From: Guillardia theta CCMP2712
Taxonomy: Eukaryota > Protista > Cryptophyta
Assembly (NCBI RefSeq): GCF_000315625.1
Contig: NW_005434575.1
Coordinates: 1 to 34,267, forward strand
Length of the DNA stretch: 34,267 nt
Direction: 5' to 3'
The position numbers and the translations under genes are program-made. A model generated the notes under the pieces. The model did no database searches. It saw only the letters and a list, made by a program, of their open reading frames with translations, and was not told the origin of the DNA. Shown in pieces: positions 11,909 through 21,431 of the stretch; within the stretch, counting starts at the first letter, position 1; each line of letters starts with the position of its first letter.

Positions 11909-12470
11909 GTGCTGGTCCGAGCTCGCCTGCTTCCTCCCCGGCATCGGTCGGGTCACGCCGGTCCTTGGGCATTGCTGCGGCGTCGCCGCCGTCACGGGCG
12001 GCTACCGCTGACTCGGCTACCGCTGACTCGGAGGCTAGCGAGGAGGACTACCTCGAGCGGTACCGTGTTCCAGTGTCCAGCCTCCCTCCGTCCGCTGCCC
12101 CAGGCGGACCCCCGGGCAGCGCCGGCTCCTTGTCGGCGGCTGCCCTTTCTCCGTCCGCGGCCGCCCGCTTTGTGGCGGCAGCGGACGTCTCGACTGACAG
12201 TGGTCAGTCGGCTGCCTCCGGGTATCGCGTCTAAGGGATGTTATTCCTCCTGCATGCTCCTGCTGCTTGTTGCTTGATTGCCTGACCCTTCGGCTGCTTG
12301 TCTGCGCGGCTTCGCGCTTGGGCTGGCGCTGCCGCGTCTGGGTGCAAGCAGTGCTGGTTCTTTTCGGGCTTGTGTTTTGTGTGTGATTGTGCAGCTTCTC
12401 GCTGTGCGCTGTGTCGCCTGGAGGTTTAGCTTGTTCCTGCTTTGTTTTGCTTGAGGCACTTTTTACCTTC
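11909..12470 (+). mobile_element. 5'-truncated 3' end of the element (ORF tail + 3'UTR), cut by gap
   Basis: Matches 16014-16569; stop TAA at 12232-12234. Confidence 0.85.
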
Positions 12471-12612
12471 NNNNNNNNNNNNNNNNNNNNNNNNNNNNNN
12501 NNNNNNNNNNNNNNNNNNNNNNNNNNNNNNNNNNNNNNNNNNNNNNNNNNNNNNNNNNNNNNNNNNNNNNNNNNNNNNNCACAAAACACAAGCCCGAAAA
12601 GAAGAACCAGCA

Positions 12613-12771
12613 TCGCGAGGGCGGCGGCAACGGCAGAAACAGCAACGGCGGCGGCAGCCACATTCGCAGCCGCCGCAGCCGCAGCCGCAGCCGCAGCCGC
12701 AGCCGCAGCCGCAACACCACCGCCACCAGCAGCAACCGCAGCAGCAGCAGCCGCAGCCGCAGCACCCGCGT

Positions 12772-12803
<32 letters not shown>

Positions 12804-12820
12804 GCAGCAGCAACGCCAGC

Positions 12821-12851
<31 letters not shown>

Positions 12852-15800
12852 CCAGCAACAGCAGCGACCACAACCGCGCGGGCCGAGGGAGCAGCGGCAG
12901 TCCGGCCAATCGTCTCAGGAGTCTGAGCCTGCTCCTCCGCCGCGACCTACGCTGTCCCTCACCTCTGCGAGCGAGCGCCAACGACAGTTGGCGATTCATC
13001 AGTTCACTGCGGGTGACCTTCATCGGGCGGTACGGACACTACTGAGCTCCGGCATCTACAGGGCTGAATCTTTTGCTGATCTTCTTGCTGAAGCACAAGA
13101 GAAGTTCCCTGATGGTGCGTCGCCTGCCTTTGGAAGTGCTTCCGCGGATCATCTCACCCAGCAAGCGCTTGCAGTGCTGCAGGTGGATTTGACTGACATC
13201 CTCGACACCACTAGCCTGATCCAGGCGATCAAGCGCTACAGCTCCTTTGCGGGGACCGATGACCAAGGGTGGAGGATTCGGCAACACCTGTCACCCCTTT
13301 CTAGTCATCCTGCAGCTTTGAAGCTCTACTGCAAACATATCCTCCAAGGGGTCCTTCTTGGCCGGATGCCGGATCTTCTTATTCCTGCCCTGTCAGCCAT
13401 TCGTCGAGGAGGCAGATTTATTCCCCTCTCCAAGGGAGCTGATAAACCTGGTCTCCGGCCAATTGTCATCGGTTCCGCACACCGTCGACTCGCGACGAAG
13501 CTTGCTTTGGCAGGGATTCGCTCATTTCTTGACCAGCACTTCCTCTCGTCTCACCCTCGAGCGATTCAGTTCGGACTCGATCGAGACGGCTGTCTGAAGT
13601 TCTCGCAAACCGCGTCAGCGCTCCTGCCCCTTCACGCTCGCGGTGATGATGAGGATGTTGCCAACCCCACAGTGCTGGTGAGCTTGGATGCAAAGAACGC
13701 CTTCAACTCCCTCGACCGCCAGGCTCTCTTCGATGCAATCGAGGGACGTGCGAGTCGCGACTACTTTGATGGGAGCATCACTGAAGGCGCAAGCTTGCCC
13801 TCTTGCGAGCATCTCCGTTTGTTCGCCTCCTACCTCTCCAGCTACTATGGAGACTCTGCTGACCTTCGACTCTTTCACAAAAGTCAGTCAGCCTCCGTTC
13901 AGTGTACCTCGGGCGTCTGTCAGGGCGATGTCCCCTCCAGCGTGTTTTTCTGCCACAGTATCCACCCCCTGCTCCTCCATATCGCAGGAGACATAGGATT
14001 TACTGGCAGAAGGTAAAAAGTGCCGCAGAGCTTTTTCCCTCTGTTCGAGTCTTGGCCTATGCTGACAACGTCGTGCTTGTCGGTCCACTCGAGGATGCCG
14101 TTGCAGCTACGTCCGCTATGAAGAAGTACATGTTGGCTGATCTGAAGCTAGAGATTCAACCTCGCGAGTCGAAAGTTTACATCCCCTCCTGGCATCAACA
14201 CCCTGATCTCTCGCAGCTGAAGAAGAGCCTTAAGCGCCGTCTCAAGACTCAACTTCTTCACTTCGAGGTCGTCACTGGCGGGATTACACTTGGCGGCCTG
14301 CCTATCGGCACGGATGGATTTCATGCTAGTCAGCTCCGAGCGAAGGTCTCTACCCTCAACGACGAGCTCTCGAAGCTCGGGCTCGTCCAGCATGGCTTCA
14401 TGTTCAAGACGCTGGTGAGGGCGAGCCATCTCCAGAAGCTGCGCTTCTTCCTCCAGGGGTCATCTCCGTTTCTCCCGCGGGTCCAATCACAGATTCGTCG
14501 CTTTGACCTCTCTGTCCACCTGGCGCTTGAGAAATACCACCGCTGGCCTTCCTCGCAGTACCTCGCCGCGCATCCCGACCTGCTAGAGTTTGCGAGGTTC
14601 AAGCGGGAGCTTCCGCATAGTCGGGGAGGGGACGAGTTCACGCCCTCTGAGGGTCTACACCCCGCTGTTTACTATACGGCATAGGATTTACTGGCAGAAG
14701 GTAAAAAGTGCCTCAAGCAAAACAAAGCAGGAACAAGCTGAACCGGCAGGCACACAGTCCACAGCGAGAAGCTGCACAATCACACACAAAACACAAGCCC
14801 GAAAAGAACCAGCACTGCTGGCACCCAGACGCGGCATCGCCAGCCCAAGCGCGAAGCCGCGCAGACAAGCAGCCTAAGGGTCAGGCAATCAAGCAACAAG
14901 CAGCAGGAGCATGCAGGAGGAAGAAAATCCCTTAGACGCGATACCCGGAGGCAGCCGACTGACCACTGTCAGTCGAGACGTCCGCTGCCGCCACAAAGCG
15001 GGCGGCCGCGCTATCGCTCGCTTCCTCGCTTGGTACTCTGACCAGCCCATGTCCCGGATGTTGCCCTCTCCTCATAGCCTGGNNNNNNNNNNNNNNNNNN
15101 NNNNNNNNNNNNNNNNNNNNNNNNNNNNNNNNNNNNNNNNNNNNNNNNNNNNNNNNNNNNNNNNNNNNNNNNNNNNNNNNNNNNNNNNNNNNNNNNNNNN
15201 NNNNNNNNNNNNNNNNNNNNNNNNNNNNNNNNNNNNNNNNNNNNNNNNNNNNNNNNNNNNNNNNNNNNNNNNNNNNNNNNNNNNNNNNNNNNNNNNNNNN
15301 NNNNNNNNNNNNNNNNNNNNNNNNNNNNNNNNNNNNNNNNNNNNNNNNNNNNNNNNNNNNNNNNNNNNNNNNNNNNNNNNNNNNNNNNNNNNNNNNNNNN
15401 NNNNNNNNNNNNNNNNNNNNNNNNNNNNNNNNNNNNNNNNNNNNNNNNNNNNNNNNNNNNNNNNNNNNNNNNNNNNNNNNNNNNNNNNNNNNNNNNNNNN
15501 NNNNNNNNNNNNNNNNNNNNNNNNNNNNNNNNNNNNNCAACATCGCGCTGCATATGCCATGACTACTCCTCCTCGAGCGTTCATCCCTCTTGCCATCTCG
15601 ACGGACGGTACCCTGCATCGTGACACCCTCCGCTTCATCTGGTATCTCGCGGACATCATTGCTCAGCGCTCAATGCCGCGTTTGGTCGGCACTTCGTGCC
15701 TGATGACGGACCTGCTGCTGAGGTCTTGGCTCGCAAACGCGCCGCCACCTATCAGCGCCTCACCATGCAGCTGACGCTGGAAGCGCTCTTGTCTGGTGCG

Positions 15801-16586
15801 AGGCGCATGACGCCCTTGCGGGCGCAAGCACTTCTCGAGCCAGAGGACAGACTTTGTCGAGTCGCCCGAGGAGTCTTCGCCGGAGGTCTCCGACTCCGAT
15901 GGGGGACACCCTTCGAGTGGCCCCGACGATCGGCGCGGAGCTGGCGAGGCGTCTCCGTCCCTCACTGTGACGTCGGGTGCCTCCGGAGAGCTCGACACCA
16001 CTGGGGTGCTTGCTGCTGGTCCGAGCTCGCCTGCTTCCTCCCCGGCATCGGTCGGGTCACGCCGGTCCTTGGGCATTGCCGCGGCGTCGCCGCCGTCACG
16101 GGCGGCTACCACTGACTCGGCTACCGCTGACTCGGAGGCTAGCGAGGAGGACTACCTCGAGCGGTACCGTGTTCCTGTGTCCAGCCTCCCTCCGTCCGCT
16201 GCCCCAGGCGGGCACCCGGGCAACGCCGGCTCCTTGTCGGCGGCTGCCCTTTCTCCGTCCGCGGCCGCCCGCTTTGTGGCGGCAGCGGACGTCTCGACTG
16301 ACAGTGGTCAGTCGGCTGCCTCCGGGTATCGCGTCTTGCCTACAGGATTTACTGGCGTCTAAGGGATTTTATTCCTCCTGCCTGCCCCTTAGGCTGCTTG
16401 TCTGCGCGGCTTCGCGCTTGGGCTGGCGATGCCGCGTCTGGGTGCCAGCAGTGCTGGTTCTTTTCGGGCTTGTGTTTTGTGTGTGATTGTGCAGCTTCTC
16501 GCTGTGGACTGTGTGCCAGGAGGTTTAGCTTGTTCCTGCTTTGTTTTGCTTGAGGCACTTTTTACCTTCTGCCAGTAAATCCTATG
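12613..16586 (+). pseudogene. Element copy 1: polyQ region, RT, putative RLE C-terminal part, Ser/Ala tail, 3'UTR; disrupted by insertions at 13988-14028, 14680-15010 and 16337-16360
   Basis: RT motifs FIPLSK...LRPIVIGSAHRRL, QFG, SLDAKNAFNSLDR, SGVCQGD, AYADN, GITLGGLPIG. FIPLAISTDG..H resembles the RLE C-terminus of CRE-clade elements. The CCHC and PD-(D/E)xK motifs are not visible (N gap at 15083-15537). Confidence 0.85.
14680..15010 (-). mobile_element. About 330-bp 3' end inserted antisense in copy 1
   Basis: Copy 2 shows the empty site TTACTATACGGCTATCGCTC (16961-16980, - strand). Confidence 0.9.
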
Positions 16587-17270
16587 TTTTGCCAGTAAAT
16601 CCACTATGCCGGTCACATTTCGCTGCGCAGGCGGAGGAATGAAGTGCTCATGAGACGAGTCGACGAGAGCGCGCAAACCAGGGATGTGTACCACAGATGC
16701 CGGGGGGCGTCCTGCGTCATCAGGCACAGCAGCCGGGGCAGGTGGGATCGCCGCGCCATCTGCAGCCGGTGCAGGAGCCCGGAGGCTCACACGACGGTAG
16801 AGGATCGCTCCAGCATTATGAACGAAGTCGTGCGCCTCAACGAAGAAGGTCGCCAGAGGATGCTTCTGGGCACGAAGAGATCTCGAGCAGTGAACGTCCA
16901 GGCTATGAGGAGAGGGCAGGGTCCGTGACATGGGCTGGTCAGAGTACCAAGCGAGGAAGCGAGCGATAGCCGTATAGTAAACAGCGGGGGTGTAGACCCT
17001 CAGAGGGGCGTGAACTCGTCCCCTCCCCGACTATGCGGAAGCTCCCGCTTGGACCGCGCAAACTCTAGCAGGTCAGGATGCGCGGCGAGGTACTGCGAGG
17101 AAGGCCAGCGGTGGTATTTCTCAAGCGCCAAGTGGACAGAGAGGTCAAAGCGACGAATCTGTGATTGGACCCGCGGGAGAAACGGAGAAGACCCCTGGAG
17201 GAAGAAGCGCAGCTTCTGGAGATGGCTCGCCCTCACCAGCCGCGTCTTGAACATGAAGCCATGCTGGAGG

Positions 17271-17567
17271 CATAGGATTTACTGGCAGAAGGTAAAAAGT
17301 GCCTCAAGCAAAATAAAGCAGGATCAAGCTAAACCGGCAGGCACACAGTCCACAGCGAGAAGCTGCACAAACACACACAAAACACAAGCCCGAAAAGAAC
17401 CAGCNNNNNNNNNNNNNNNNNNNNNNNNNNNNNNNNNNNNNNNNNNNNNNNNNNNNNNNNNNNNNNNNNNNNNNNNNNNNNNNNNNNNNNNNNNNNNNNN
17501 NNNNCAGCCCAAGCGCGAAGCCGGGCAGACAAGCAGCCTAAGGGTCAGGCAATCAAGCAACAAGCAG
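17271..17567 (-). mobile_element. About 300-bp 3'UTR end inserted in copy 2, same orientation, containing a gap
   Basis: Empty site GGGCTCGT|CCAGCATGG seen in copy 1 at about 14379-14395. Confidence 0.85.
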
Positions 17568-18170
17568 CACGAGCCCGAGCTTCGAGAGCTCTTCGTTGAG
17601 GGTAGAAACCTTCGCTCGTAGCTGACTAGCATGAAATCCATCCGTGCCGATAGGCAGGCCGCCAAGTGTAATCCCGCCAGTGACGACCTCGAAGTGAAGA
17701 AGTTGAGTCTTGAGACGGCGCTTAAGGCTCTTCTTCAGCTGCGAGAGATCAGGGTGTTGATGCCAGGAGGGGATGTAAACTTTCGACTCGCGAGGTTGAA
17801 TCTCTAGCTTCAGATCAGCCAACATGTACTTCTTCAGAAGGTAAAACATAGCGGACGTAGCTGCAACGGCATCCTCGAGTGGACCGACAAGCACGACGTT
17901 GTCAGCATAGGCCAAGACTCGAACAGAGGGAAAAAGCTCTGCGATATGGAGGAGCAGGGGGTGGATACTGTGGCAGAAAAATACGCTGGAGGGGACATCG
18001 CCCTGACAGACGCCCGAGGTACACTGAACGGAGGCTGACTGACTTTTGTGAAAGAGTCAAAGGTCAGCAGAGTCTCCATAGTAGCTGGAGAGGTAGGAGG
18101 CGAACAAACGGAGATGCTCGCAAGAGGGCAAGCTTGCCCCTTCAGTGATGCTCCCATCAAAGTAGTCGCG

Positions 18171-18961
18171 TGGAGGCGCTCTTGTCTGGTGCCAGGCGCA
18201 TGACGCCCTTGCGGGCGCAAGCACTTCTCGAGCCAGAGGACAGCTCCTCCTCGGACTTTGCCGGCTGTCGAGTCGCCCGAGGGGGAGTCTTCGCCGGAGG
18301 TCTCCGACTCCGATGGGGGAAACATCCAGAGTGGCGCCGACGATCGGCGCGGAGCTGGCGAGGCGTCTCCGTGCAACAACCAGCAGATGTACAGCTGCCC
18401 TGCTTCCTCCCCGGCATCGGTCGGGTCACGCCGGTCCTTGGGCATTGCCGCGGCGTCGCCGCCGTCACGGGCGGCTACCGCTGACTCGGCTACCGCTGAC
18501 TCGGAGGCTAGCGAGGAGGACTACCTCGAGCGGTATCGTGTTCCTGTGTCCAGCCTCCCTCCGTCCGCTGCCGCCCAGGCGGACCCCCGGGCAACGCCGG
18601 CTCCTTGTCGGCGGCTGCCCTTTCTCCGTCCGCGGCCGCCCGCTTTGTGGCGGCAGCAGACGTCTCGACTGACAGTGGTCAGTCGGCTGCCTCCGGGTAT
18701 CGCGTGTAAGGGATTTTCTTCCTCCTGCATGCTCCTGCTGCTTGTTGCTTGATTGCCTGCCCCTTAGGCTGCTTGTCTGCGCGGCTTCGCGCTTGGGCTG
18801 GCGATGCCGCGTCTGGGTGCCAGCAGTGCTGGTTCTTTTCGGGCTTGTGTTTTGTGTGTGATTGTGCAGCTTCTCGCTGTGGACTGTGTGCCAGGAGGTT
18901 TAGCTTGTTCCTGCTTTGTTTTGCTTGAGGCACTTTTTACCTTCTGCCAGTAAATCCTATG
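18171..18961 (+). mobile_element. About 790-bp 3' end inserted antisense in copy 2
   Basis: Matches 15778-16586; ends in the perfect 32-mer. Confidence 0.85.
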
Positions 18962-19094
18962 CAATCCTCATCATCACCGCGAGCGTGAAGGGGCAGGAGC
19001 GCTGACGCGGTTTGCGAGAGCTTCAGACAGCCGTCTCGATCCAGTCCGAACTGAATCGCTCGAGGGTGAGACGAGAGGAAGTGCTGGTCAAGAC

Positions 19095-20810
19095 CCTCCG
19101 TCCGCTGCCGCCCAGGCGGACCCCCGGGCAACGCCGGCTCCTTGTCGGCGGCTGCCCTTTCTCCGTCCGCGACCGCCCGCTTTGTGGCGGCAGCGGACGT
19201 CTCGACTGACAGTGGTCAGTCGGCTGCCTCCGGGTATCGCGTGTAAGGGATTTTCTTCCTCCTGCATGCTCCTGCTGCCTGTTGCTTGATTGCTTGACCC
19301 TTAGGCTGCTTGTCTGCGCGGCTTCGCGCTTGGGCTGGCGGTGCCGCGTCTGGGTGCCAGCAGTGCTGGTTCTTTTCGGGCTTGTGTTTTGTGTGTGATT
19401 GTGCAGCTTCTCGCTGTGTGCCAGGAGGTTTAGCTTGATCCTGCTTTATTTTGCTTGAGGCACTTTTTACCTTCTGCCAGTGGCATTGTCGCCACTTAAA
19501 AAAACAACAGCGAAAGTAACCAGCACTGCTGGCAACTGAGGAGGACAGCTTGTTCCTGCTTTGTTTTGCTTGAGACACTTTTTACCTTCTGCCAGTAAAT
19601 CTTCGTACACCTCGAGCGGTACCGTGTTCCTGTGTCCAGCTTCCCTCCGTCCGCTGCCGGCCCCGGCGGACCCCCGGGCAACGCCGGCTCCTTGTCGGCG
19701 GCTGCCCTTTCTCCGTCCTCGGCCGCCAGCTTTGCGGCGGGAGCGGACGTCTCGACTGGCATTGGTATTGGTCAGTCGGCTGCCTCCGGGTATTGGCGGC
19801 GTGTAAGGGATTTTCTTCCTCCTGCATGCTCCTGCTGCTTGTTGCTTGATTGCTTGACCCTTAGGCTGCTTGTCAGCGCGGCTTTGCGCTTGGGCTCCGG
19901 GCGATGCCGGGTCTGCTGACGGTTGCCAGCTGTGTGCCAGGAGGTTTAGCTTGTTCCTGCTTTGTTTTGCTTGAGGCACTTTTTACCTGCTGCCACCTCA
20001 AATGGATTTACTGCCAGTAAATCCATTGTCGCCAGCAGTGCTGGTTGCTGTGTGCAAGCCGGTTTAGCTTGTTCCTGCTTTGTTTTGCTTGAGGCACTTT
20101 TTACAGGTCAATGGATTTACTGGCAGAAGGTAAAAAGTTTCTGCCAGTAAATCTTCACTGTCAGCAGGGAGCCCACGTCTGGCGGTGCCGGGTCTACACC
20201 ACTGGGGTGCTTGCTGCTGGTCCGAGCTCAGCGGCTCGCCTGCTTCCTCCCCGGCATCGGTCGGGTCACGCCGGTCCTTGGGCCCCATTGCTGCGGCGTC
20301 GCCGCCGTCACGGGCAGCTCCCGCTGACTCAGCGGCTACCCGGCTGACTCGGAGGCTAGCGAGGAGGACTACCTCGAGCGGTATCGTGTTCCTGTGTCCA
20401 GCCTCCCTCCGTCCGCTGCCGCCCAGGCGGACCCCCGGGCAACGCCGGCTCCTTGTCGGCGGCCGGCGGCTGCCCTTTCTCCGTCCGCGGCCGCCCGCTT
20501 TGCGGCGGCAGCGGACGTCTCGACTGACAGTGATCAGTCGGCTGCCTCCGGGTATCGCGTGTAAGGGATTTTATTCCTCCTGCATGCTCCTGCTGCCTGT
20601 TGCTTGATTGCCTGACCCTTAGGCTGCTTGTCTGCCCGGCTTCGCGCTTGGGTTGGCGCTGCCACGTCTGGGTGCCAGCAGTGCTGGTTCTTTTCGGGCT
20701 TGTGTTTTGTGTGTGATTGTGCAGCTTCTCGCTGTGTGCTGTGTGCCAGGAGGTTTAGCTTGATCCTGCTTTATTTTGCTTGAGGCACTTTTTACCTTCT
20801 GCCAGTAAAT
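19095..20810 (+). mobile_element. Head-to-tail run of truncated 3' ends (about 19095-19481, 19547-19601, 19609-19995, 20031-20104, 20197-20810)
   Basis: Each ends in a variant of GAGGCACTTTTTACCTTCTGCCAGTAAAT. Confidence 0.8.
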
Positions 20811-20926
20811 ACACGTCGTTTTTCACTGGCTGATCGGCATGCCATGAAGATAGAAGTCGAGCATCTGATCGTAGCGATGCGGGAAAGCCTTGAGGGGATA
20901 GTAGCTCGAGACTCGCATCGGAGAGT

Positions 20927-21020
20927 GTCAAACTCTAGCAGGTCGAGGGGCGCGGCGAGGTACTGCGAATTTTGCCAACGGTGGTACTTCTCGAGGGCCC
21001 GGCCAGGTGGACAGAGAGGC
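20927..21020 (-). pseudogene. Diverged fragment of a related element
   Basis: ALEKYHRWQNSQYLAAPLDLLEF versus ALEKYHRWPSSQYLAAHPDLLEF in copies 1 and 2. Confidence 0.75.
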
Positions 21021-21431
21021 ATAGAGCACACAGCAACAAACGCCCCGCAAACAGGCGAAACACAAGACCGCGTTTGGTCGGCTCTTCGTTCCTCGGATGC
21101 CATGATGGACCAGGCTGCTGCTGAGGTCTTGAGATCATCGACCCGCGGACGGAGAATGGCAGCCGCCAATACGGCCGGAGCCTCCGGCGCTGCCTGCCCC
21201 CCCCCGGCCCGGTCCCGGCGCCTGAGGCAGCCGCTACACAAGGAGGCTAGTTCCAGGTATTCTGCTGCCAAGGCTCACACTCAAGGACACTGCTGGTGGG
21301 GTGCAAGCAGGCAAATGAGCAGCCGCATACCCTAGTGACGTTGAGCTCTGAGGAGGCAACCGACTCAAGAGACTTTCAGGTTTCATTGGACAAGAAGCCA
21401 GACATCACGGTCAAGGCCTCAAAGGTTATTC

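Larger units (their letters stand above)
16603..19091 (-). pseudogene. Element copy 2 (RT and post-RT region), interrupted at 17268-17567, 17835-17846 and 18171-18961
   Basis: Reverse-complement match to 13529-15082; YADN at 17898-17909; about 100 bp including LDAKNAF missing at the 18171-18961 insertion. Confidence 0.85.
11398..21020. mobile_element. Nested cluster of one non-LTR retrotransposon family (CRE/SLACS-like, RLE type)
   Basis: Nearly all sequence in the interval aligns by eye to one consensus of RT, post-RT region, Ser/Ala tail, 3'UTR and 32-nt terminus, in both orientations. Confidence 0.85.

Noticed and set aside
13988-14028. RT insertion as a spliceosomal intron
   Set aside because: It starts with GA. 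The internal GT..AG (16 nt) is too short and does not restore the frame.
12930-14679. Group II intron, retron or telomerase RT
   Set aside because: Motifs (LRPIVIG, QFG, DAKNAFNS, GLPIG) and the 5'-truncated copies fit an early-branching non-LTR element; no intron domain V seen
14911-15774. Long ORFs spanning N runs
   Set aside because: Artefacts of gap translation
11468-20810. CRISPR array reading of the recurring 32-mer
   Set aside because: Spacing is irregular, both orientations occur, no cas genes are present and the context is eukaryotic. The motif is contiguous with a conserved 3'UTR, so it is an element terminus.
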